From positions 1 through 32,307 of the forward strand of contig JAHLWZ010000643.1 in assembly GCA_020536535.1 (NCBI GenBank): DNA of 32,307 nt, written 5' to 3'. Below, in pieces: positions 1 to 7,366 of this stretch. Under the pieces are notes generated by a model. It did not search any database, had not been told where the DNA came from, and saw only the letters and a list, made by a program, of their open reading frames with translations. The position numbers were made by a program, and so were the translations under genes. Position 1 is the stretch's first letter; every line of letters starts with the position of its first letter. The DNA is from Pelomyxa schiedti (taxonomy: Eukaryota > Protista > Evosea).

Positions 1-895
1 AGATTAGTTGATTATATTCCAACCAGAAATCCCACACTCAAAACTGTCACCTACACCAATGTAATTCTTTACTTCCTTCGATGTGAGCAACTTCTCTTCA
101 CTTTATTGACCCTCATAATATAAACAGGTGATCCAGATAGGTGTCTGCAGTTAATTTCAGCCTGGGAATCCCTGTTTGACGTTAAAGAAATTTTCATTGC
201 TATGAAAACTATCACTCCAACTGAAAAACGTAAATTGGGTATCGCTCAATTGTAAGTGTTAGGGTTTTTTTTCCCACCTCTAACTTCCTTGAGGTACACC
301 AACAACGCCTACAAAATCGCAGTATGTAATTACCAAGTTACTAAAACCTCACAATAGAAAGGATCCAGAAAAACAACACCAAAATATCATTGAAGCACAA
401 GTTGAACATTTGAACGCCACTGTGTCAGAGTTGAAAACGCAGAAGGAGCTTGTTGCCAATCTGCAACAAGCTCTCAAGGAAGAAGCTGCCAAGTCCAAAA
501 CATACCAGGTTTCCTCCTCAAACCAGTAAAAACACTCACTCTATTCTGCACCCTCCTTCAGGCAGACGTGGCAGAGTTGCAGCAGCGTAACGAACGGGTT
601 CCAAATCTTCATTCTAACATAAACGAACTAATTCCTTTTTACACACAGCTCCAACGTGAAAAGAGAGAAACAGAGGCAGCACTCTGTGAAGAACGAATTT
701 GTGTAGCCTCTCTGCAGAAAAGTCTCAAGGAAGAAGCTGAGAAGTCCACAAGATACAAGGTTTCATCCTCTCAACTCAAGTGCCACCACCCATTCAACAA
801 CAACACACAGGATGTTGTCGACACCATGATATCACTCATTTCAGCAACTGCTGATGATTTCAGGGTTGACAAGCTCCTTGGGACAGGCTCAAATG
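1..895 (+). repeat. Near-identical partial copy (allele/haplotig or recent tandem paralog) of 1699-2595, covering the Vps41-like, coiled-coil and kinase N-lobe exons; truncated by the window start and the gap
   Basis: Aligns by eye to 1699-2595 with about 8 substitutions, one 3-nt exonic indel (AAC) and three non-triplet indels (5, 5 and 1 nt) that all fall in predicted introns. Ends at kinase motif LLGTGSN, immediately before the N gap. Confidence 0.9.
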
Positions 896-995
896 NNNNN
901 NNNNNNNNNNNNNNNNNNNNNNNNNNNNNNNNNNNNNNNNNNNNNNNNNNNNNNNNNNNNNNNNNNNNNNNNNNNNNNNNNNNNNNNNNNNNNNN
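896..995. other. Scaffold gap (100 N, true size unknown)
   Basis: Run of exactly 100 N. Confidence 0.99.
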
Positions 996-2022
996 TGTCC
1001 TACTGGCGTACATTGAAGAGAACACCGATCCCGAGGGAAGACCTGTTGTGGTGCCAGAAAGGTTGACAGGCACACAATAAAGTTCGAATTTACATGCCTA
1101 CAGGTACCACCCAGAATTCAGACTTATGTCAAGAGGTGGTAGGGAATTTGTATCTGATGCAATAGATGTTGAAGGATATAAGGACTATCACGTTTGTGAC
1201 AAAATCGATGGTTTTTCTATTTTAAAGCAAAAAGTAGGCAACAGCATACAGACTCGAGTATTCACTAGAGGAGGCCATGTTCTTTTTGGTGGCACCAAAG
1301 GATATCGTTGTTGCCAGACCCCGAGACATGGATGACCACATTGACTGGCTACTTGAAAAGCACAAGTATCATCCTCCGGGTTGCCCAATTTTCTATCCTT
1401 TCTAGATTTGCTGAAGCACTCATGGAGTGTGAACATGAAACTCCAGAAGGCGCCAAGAAATATGCCCGAATTGCGGAGAGCTATCTGAATGACTTGATTT
1501 GTAGGTTACATTCACCCAAATGCTACTCGGTCTAACACTTAACAGCAAAACAAGAGTACACCAAGGCTGTAAGAGTTTGTGTTGAAACTTTTGGCTCTGA
1601 TCCAGAACTGTGGGAAAAATGGATCATAACATTTACAGAGCTTGGACAGTTGGCGGTAAATTCCACCACCAATTAATAGTGTACCAATGTCTATATAGAG
1701 ATTAGTTGATTATATTCCAACCAGAAATCCCACACTCAAAACTGTCACCTACACCAATGTAATTCTTTACTTCCTTCGATGTGAGCAACTTCTCTTCACT
1801 TTATTGACCCTCATAATATGAACAGGTGATCCAGATAGGTGTCTGCAGTTAATTTCAGCCTGGGAATCCCTGTTTGACGTTAAAGAAATTTTCATTGCTA
1901 TGAAAACTATCACTCCAACTGAAAAACGTAAATTGGGTGTCGCTCAATTGTAAGTGTTAGGGTTTTTTTTCCCACCTCTAACTTCCTTGAGGTACACCAA
2001 CAACAACGCCTACAAAATCGCA
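996..2022 (+). CDS. VPS41: Vps41 (HOPS subunit)-like segment: end of the beta-propeller and start of the alpha-solenoid/clathrin-repeat region; 5'-partial; runs into the kinase exons downstream
   Basis: GT-AG introns at 1062-1103, 1192-1237, 1366-1405, 1501-1545, 1656-1698 and two more before 1992. Spliced: ...RYHPEFRLMSRGGREFVSDAIDVEGYKDYHATAYRLEYSLEEAMFFLVAPKDIVVARPRDMDDHIDWLLEKHKFAEAL...LWEKWIITFTELGQLARLVDYIPTRNPTLKTVTYTNVILYFL...AQLYT. This closely matches Vps41 (SDAL.V.GF / FYIVSPRDVVVAKERDQDDHIDWLLEKKKYEEAL / LWE...F...GQL..I..YLP). Confidence 0.85.
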
Positions 2023-2067
2023 GTATGTAATTACCGCACCAAGTTCCTAAAACCTCACAATAGAAAG

Positions 2068-3730
2068 GATCCAGAAAAACAACACCAAAATATCATTGAG
2101 GCACAAGTTGAACATTTGAACGCCACTGTGTCAGAGTTGAAAACGCAGAAGGAGCTTGTTGCCAATCTGCAACAAGCTCTCAAGGAAGAAGCTGCCAAGT
2201 CCAAATCATACCAGGTTTCCTCCTCAAACCAGTAAAAACACTCACTCTATTCTGCACCCTCCTCCAGGCAGACGTGGCAGAGTTGCAGCAGCGTAACGAA
2301 CGGGTTCCAAATCTTCATTCTAACATAAACGAACTAATTCCTTTTAAACACAGCTCCAACGTGAAAAGAGAGAAACAGAGGCAGCACTCTGTGAAGAACG
2401 AATTTGTGTAGCCTCTCTGAAGAAAAGTCTCAAGGAAGAAGCTGAGAAGTCCACAAGATACAAGGTTTCATCCTCTCAAGTGCCACCACCCATTCAACAA
2501 CAACACACAGGATGTTGTCGACACCATGATATCACTCATTTCAGCAACTGCTGATGATTTCAGGGTTGACAAGCTCCTTGGGACAGGCTCAAATGCAGCT
2601 GCGTTCAAGGTGCAACATCTCACAACAATCAACATGGCAGAACCACCAAATTTGTCGGCTTCGTTGAGTGGTGTCGCAGCAACAACAGCAGCAATTACAA
2701 ACAGGAGGGGAGACATGGTGATGAAGGTTCTGTTCAACTGGGAGAACACACCACGGCAGACAATGCTGAGGCAGAAATACATGGCTGAGTGTGTGATCCT
2801 CTCGTTGCTTCCGAATCACCCAAACGTGATCCACCCTCTTGGTGCCTTGGTTCTCCCTTGGTAAGTTTTTCCACAGTCTAATCATTTGATATTGCTATTG
2901 ACCATGGCACGCCACACAGCCTTCCAGCAGAGTTTGTGGAGAAAATTCCAAGTGACAAAAAGTATTTCAGAGAAGAACTGTGCAACAACAAGTCACTTGC
3001 AATCCTCATGCCCCATTGTGGAATCACACTGTCATCGTTCTTCTCTTCATCATCCTCCACAAACAAGAGTACGGCTGAGGACGCTTTGAATCTCTTTGTT
3101 CAGGGACTAGAAGCAGTCCACCACATTGAGTCACATTCCATTGTTCACAGGTATGTGCCTCCTTGAAGTCGAACTGTTTACTGAAGGCCCTCAATCAGAG
3201 ACATCAAGGAAGACAACATTCTCGTCGACCCCACAACTGGAAAACTCACCCTGATTGACTTTGGCGAGGCTCAGCACTGCCCCGCGACCAACACCAACAT
3301 GGAACTCTCAGTGTCGGCCACGACACAACCATGGGGCAACGCAGGCACGATGCCACCTGAGCTCAGCACATTCCTGAGGGCGCTCCCGAGGGGCACAAGC
3401 GGTGTGTTCTCCTTCTCGAAGTGTGACTCTTTCGCGCTTGCCCTCACGTTCTGGGATGCTCTCCTGCCACCATCCCACAAGTTCATTGGGAGCACAATGA
3501 ACCACAACATGGGCGCGTTCAACACTCGGTCACTCCTCACCGAGTTCCCTCTCCCCTCGTTGTTTCCTTCGACCTCAACACCACCATCACCCACAATTGG
3601 CAGCAACGGGACACCTGAGATCACCTTGCTTGCACAAGTTATGATTGGGATGATGAACCCTGACAAGGCTGCCAGGGTCTCTGCTGCCGATGCCATCTCA
3701 TCACTCAGGAAACGAGACAATGGGTGCTAA
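2068..3730 (+). CDS. Coiled-coil plus PINK1-like Ser/Thr protein kinase (3' module of the chimeric locus 996-3730)
   Basis: Spliced exons give a heptad-rich region (EAQVEHLNATVSELKTQKELVANLQQALKEE...), then the Gly loop LLGTGSNAAAFKV, VMK lysine (MVMKVLFNWE), HPNVI, catalytic HR|DIKEDNILV, DFG and WGNAGTMPPELS...SKCDSFALALTFWD. The MKVLFN, GN..TMPPE and SK.D motifs resemble PINK1 (IKMMWN, GGNGCLMAPE, YSKADAWAVG). Stop TAA at 3728-3730. Confidence 0.85.
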
Positions 3731-3832
3731 GGAAAGGATCAGAAATACAACAGGCTGGAGGACGCAGCCCAGCGCGACAGCTATAATGCTAGTAAAAGCG
3801 TTGTGTTGTGTTGATTGATTCTTTTTTTAATC

Positions 3833-4644
3833 TTAGACCATCTTGACGAACTTTGTGCTTGGAGCACCGCAAATCGGGCACTTGGCTGGAGCCTCCCTGG
3901 CGTACTCGATGTGGCCGCACACGGGGCAGTACCAGATTTCTGTGTAGTATGGTGTTGTTAGTGAATTGTGGGTTGTTGGTGAAGTGAATTTTAAATTATT
4001 AACATTCGAAGGGAAGGAAGTTATGGGTGGGTACGAACCCATGGTCTCCAAGTCGGAACCAGAGGCTAGCCTGTCGAGGGCGGTTTGGAACAGATTGGCA
4101 TGCACGCGCTCTGCCTTGGTTGCAAATCCGATCATGACTTTGCCGGGGTGATTTTCGCGTTGTGCCTGCTCGAGCATGGGTGGGTACATTTCGGTGAACT
4201 CGTAGGTCTCGCCGGCTACTGCGGTCTGGTGTTTTGGGGTTATGGGATGTGCCGGTTTGTTTGTGTAGGTTCGTGTTTGGTTTTCAAATATTATAGTTTT
4301 TTTGTTGAATGTACCTTGAGGTTTTCAAGGGTGGATTGAACACCGCCCATGTTCTGGAAGTGCCCGAGGGCATGAACGGTCTCTGCCTCAGCGGCAGCAC
4401 GGAAAAGCTTTGCTATCTATTGCTCGTTAACAGGTTATAAATGAAAAAGAAATTATGTTAGAAGTACCACAGGGAAACCCTCTTGCTCGGCCTTCCTTGC
4501 AAAAGCAAGGTACCTGAGCAAGAACAATTACTTTTAAAAAAAAAAGTAATAAAGAATTAAAAAAAATTACTTGCGATTTGCTTGACTTTCACCAGCAAAC
4601 GCAATTTTTAGGTTCTCAACGGTTGGTGATGGTGTTGACGACAT
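3833..4644 (-). CDS. rbr: Rubrerythrin (di-iron four-helix bundle plus C-terminal rubredoxin-like domain), 5 exons
   Basis: ATG at 4644; introns 4514-4570, 4417-4467, 4226-4314 and 3940-4038. Spliced: MSSTPSPTVENLKIAFAGESQANRKYLAFARKAEQEGFPVIAKLFRAAAEAETVHALGHF...TLENLKTAVAGETYEFTEMYP...AERVHANLF...EIWYCPVCGHIE...APAKCPICGAPSTKF. All di-iron ligand motifs (GESQA, ExxH, GETYE, ExxH) and two CxxC motifs are present. Confidence 0.95.
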
Positions 4645-5104
4645 TCCCCCGGGTCCTTGCACTTGGTTCCTTGTGTTTTTTTTTTTATTTATTATTATGT
4701 ACTTATTAGAGGAAAGTCCCCTTTGATGAAGACCAAACGAAACGTCGTTCGCGACAAATAAACGAAATGGGCACGAAAACTCGCAAAAAAGTGGTCTTTT
4801 GGTTTTTCGACTTTGTTCTAGTGATACAGCAGCTCGTGAGCAATTTTGGATGTCTGGTCAATGACTGGATGACTGGGCATCTATGATGAGGAAATGGTAG
4901 GGTGGCATTTGTTTCGGGCACCCAGGTGGAACTGATACGCTGGAATAGAAGAGGGGAAATGGTGGCTGGGGTGCAATGGCATGAGAATGAGGGTGCAGAG
5001 TAGTAGAATGCCGATGAATGACTGGTAATTGGCTGAGATTGAGATTTGGCTGAACTAATTTGTTGGGCTCTCTGAGCTGCATAGTTGTTACTGCGCGAGT
5101 TTGA

Positions 5105-5525
5105 TTAGAAAGTGCAAGCCGACGGCTCTCTGGCGATCTCATAGACATCGTCATAGCTGAGCCTTCCAGCTCGTACCCAAGATGAAACCGACGTGCCAAG
5201 AACTTGCTGTATGTTTGTGAGCATCATAAAAGAAAAACAAAAAAGCCTATTATTTAAATATGGTACTATTGTATACATATTGCATTATGTGCTTAGGAAC
5301 ACACCGACGCAGGGCAAGCTATTTTGGAAGCAGCCATGGCATTAAACGTGGTTATTTTCCCGTCATGTGCAACAACAACAACAGGTTTGTCCATCCTCTA
5401 TTAAAATGTAAACCGTCGTTGTAAAAAAAAAAAAGGCGCACCATAATTTGTGCCTTTATCCTCCTTGGTTGCTCCATTTCAAAGTGCTCCACCATTGTCT
5501 CACTGTAAAAATCCTGAGGGTTCAT
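5105..5525 (-). CDS. Small PAS-domain-like protein (92 aa, 3 exons); not in the ORF track
   Basis: ATG at 5525; GT-AG introns 5398-5441 and 5207-5304, both phase 0. Spliced: MNPQDFYSETMVEHFEMEQPRRIKAQIMRMDKPVVVVAHDGKITTFNAMAASKIACPASQVLGTSVSSWVRAGRLSYDDVYEIAREPSACTF*. This matches the PAS N-terminal consensus (m.d.VvvvD.dG.I..fN.aA...G....evlG..i..l). Confidence 0.7.
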
Positions 5526-5814
5526 TTTGCTCTCCAACAGCCAACCGGTGTTGTTTTGCTTGTTAATTAATTGGTTTTGTTTATTTTCTATTTTTCGTTG
5601 GGGTTTATAAGTTGGTAATTTTTGGGCTGGCGAAAGGACGTTTGTTTCATCTAACGTAATTAACGTGATCAGTCGATAATAGTTCACGCGAAAAAGTTGG
5701 TTACAGCTTTTAACAACAAGTATCATTCTTGCGGAAATTCCAACATCCATTTTTATACCGTTTTAGGGCTTGCTTATTATGAACGCGTGATGATTGGAAG
5801 GAACCTCCGTTTTC

Positions 5815-5867
5815 GTAACCACGTTAGCGAACCTTCCTCTTCCAACAAGGCTCGGTAACGTGGTTAC
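5815..5867. repeat. Inverted repeat / hairpin with 21-nt arms and an 11-nt loop
   Basis: Arm 5815-5835 GTAACCACGTTAGCGAACCTT versus the reverse complement of 5847-5867, GTAACCACGTTACCGAGCCTT: 19/21 identical. One mismatch becomes a G-U pair on the minus-strand RNA. Confidence 0.8.
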
Positions 5868-5921
5868 TTGGTATTGATTGTTGGGGTGGTTGTTTGGTTG
5901 ATTGATGCCCTGTTGCCGAGT

Positions 5922-7124
5922 TCATGAAGTTAGTGCAGTAGGTGGGTGTTGTGTTGTTGTGGATTCTGCTGGCTGAGGTTCTGGTATTGCTGTGAGGGTT
6001 GCTGCGGGTTCACTTTCAATGGGTTCTTCTTGTGGTGCGGACAGTATGCTGGTGTCCGGGAAGGCACTTTCTTCTGCTAGGAGGTCTTCGGCTGTGTACT
6101 GGTCTTCTCGTTCTTCTCCGCATTCTTCCACGGTTGGAGTGGTGCACGTTGGAAGAGAACAGGCCCACCACTCAAGGTGGCCCAGAGCTTTTTCACCATG
6201 CTGATCGTCAAGGCTACCCTTTTCATTTTCTGTTAGACGGGTTCGTACCTGAGACTGAGATACATACAATAACAAGTAAAGGGAGCACAATCGGTTCGGT
6301 GTCTTCAGCACCCGGAGTTTTGGGGGTTTCCTTTGGTGCATCATACTGTGGCTTCCCGTAGAATACAGAGTCAACCTGAACGAGATCAGTTGCGTAGTAT
6401 TCTGTACTAATTGTTACCTTGAATCTGAGTGTTATTCCTCGCTCATAGAAAAGCTCTCCTTGCTGTGACGGCCACACCCACAATTGCTCCTTGTCCGCGC
6501 TGTGAGTGTTAAACAGCAATAATACAAGATATCTAAACATACAAATAAGAGTGGGGAGGCAAATTCGATGGTGGAATGAACACATCTTCAAATAGCTGGT
6601 CCAGCACCCTCACTACAGGATTATTTACAGGCATAAAGCGTGCATAAAGAAGAACGCAACCTCGGATCCCAGCTCCAGTGCTGTGTATTATAACCCCATT
6701 CAAAATTTCTCCCACAAAAGGCTGGAACACAGCCAATCTAAGTTGGGATAAACTGTAGTTCTAAACGGAATGCAAAGAAACCTGAATTCCACAGACACAC
6801 GCGCGTCGGTTTGATTTTGAAGCAATCTCGCCTCTCCCATTGAAATTATGTCAAACAGTGTCATTACAACGCCCACATTGGGAATAACCTAGAATCTCAT
6901 TCAATAACTCCCCTACTATCAGCGAAGAATCACTACAGTGAAAAGAAGGGGCAGAAAAAAAAGGGGCAAAACCAGTCGGGGGAAAAAAAAAGAAAGTAAG
7001 AAATAGGCAGGCGTACCCTGCCTTGGAACTTGTCCAATAGCAGTTGCTTCACAGCCGTAGTGACGTCACCAAGCCGCGACGGCGCAACACACACCGTGTC
7101 CCGAACCACCGCCAGCACAAACAT
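5922..7124 (-). CDS. POLR3H: DNA-directed RNA polymerase III subunit RPC8/RPC25 (Rpb7 family) with an acidic/Pro-rich C-terminal extension; multi-exon
   Basis: MFVLAVVRDTVCVAPSRL...DKFQG|RVIPNVGVVMTLFDI...SVEF|RLAVFQPFVGEILNGVI...FEDVFIPPSNLP...EQLWVW...LRFKV...GSLDD...ALGHLEWW. This matches the RPC25 hallmarks MF.L...D.V.I.P, KV..NVGLCI.LFD, FRPF.GE.L.G.I, FFDDI.IP, EQ.WVW and GLG..SWW. Confidence 0.93.
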
Positions 7125-7366
7125 TCCTGATGATTAGATTTCTGCTGGGCTATCCCCCTCAGGCGGGTTCTTTGCTCCATCCCGTATAACAACAGCCAGG
7201 AACGGATACAGAGTACCATCTGAGTTGCGAGGGCGCACTGTACCAGTCAAGCGTTCCGAGAACAAACCTCAAGCGTAGCTAAACCCCTAAACCGAAAAAC
7301 AAACCACAACCCTTTAGCCAACGCAACAAACACCAAAACAACAACACAACAAAGTAGTCACACATA

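Noticed and set aside
3833-4644. Bacterial contamination or endosymbiont DNA as the source of rubrerythrin
   Set aside because: Four canonical spliceosomal introns and contiguous eukaryotic neighbours.
4858-5199. 113-aa minus-strand ORF as last exon of the PAS gene or a separate gene
   Set aside because: Wrong phase for the best donor; the other frame (QVLGTSVSSWV) continues the PAS pattern. Probably 3' UTR.
5760-5924. Selenocysteine or readthrough at the RPC25 TGA with the downstream hairpin as SECIS
   Set aside because: The hairpin lacks the AUGA/GA quartet of a eukaryotic SECIS, and the TGA lies well beyond the conserved domain.
7126-7225. Possible C/D-box snoRNA (TGATGA ... CTGA)
   Set aside because: Imperfect C box, no terminal stem or recognisable rRNA guide, and it overlaps the RPC25 5' region; likely chance.
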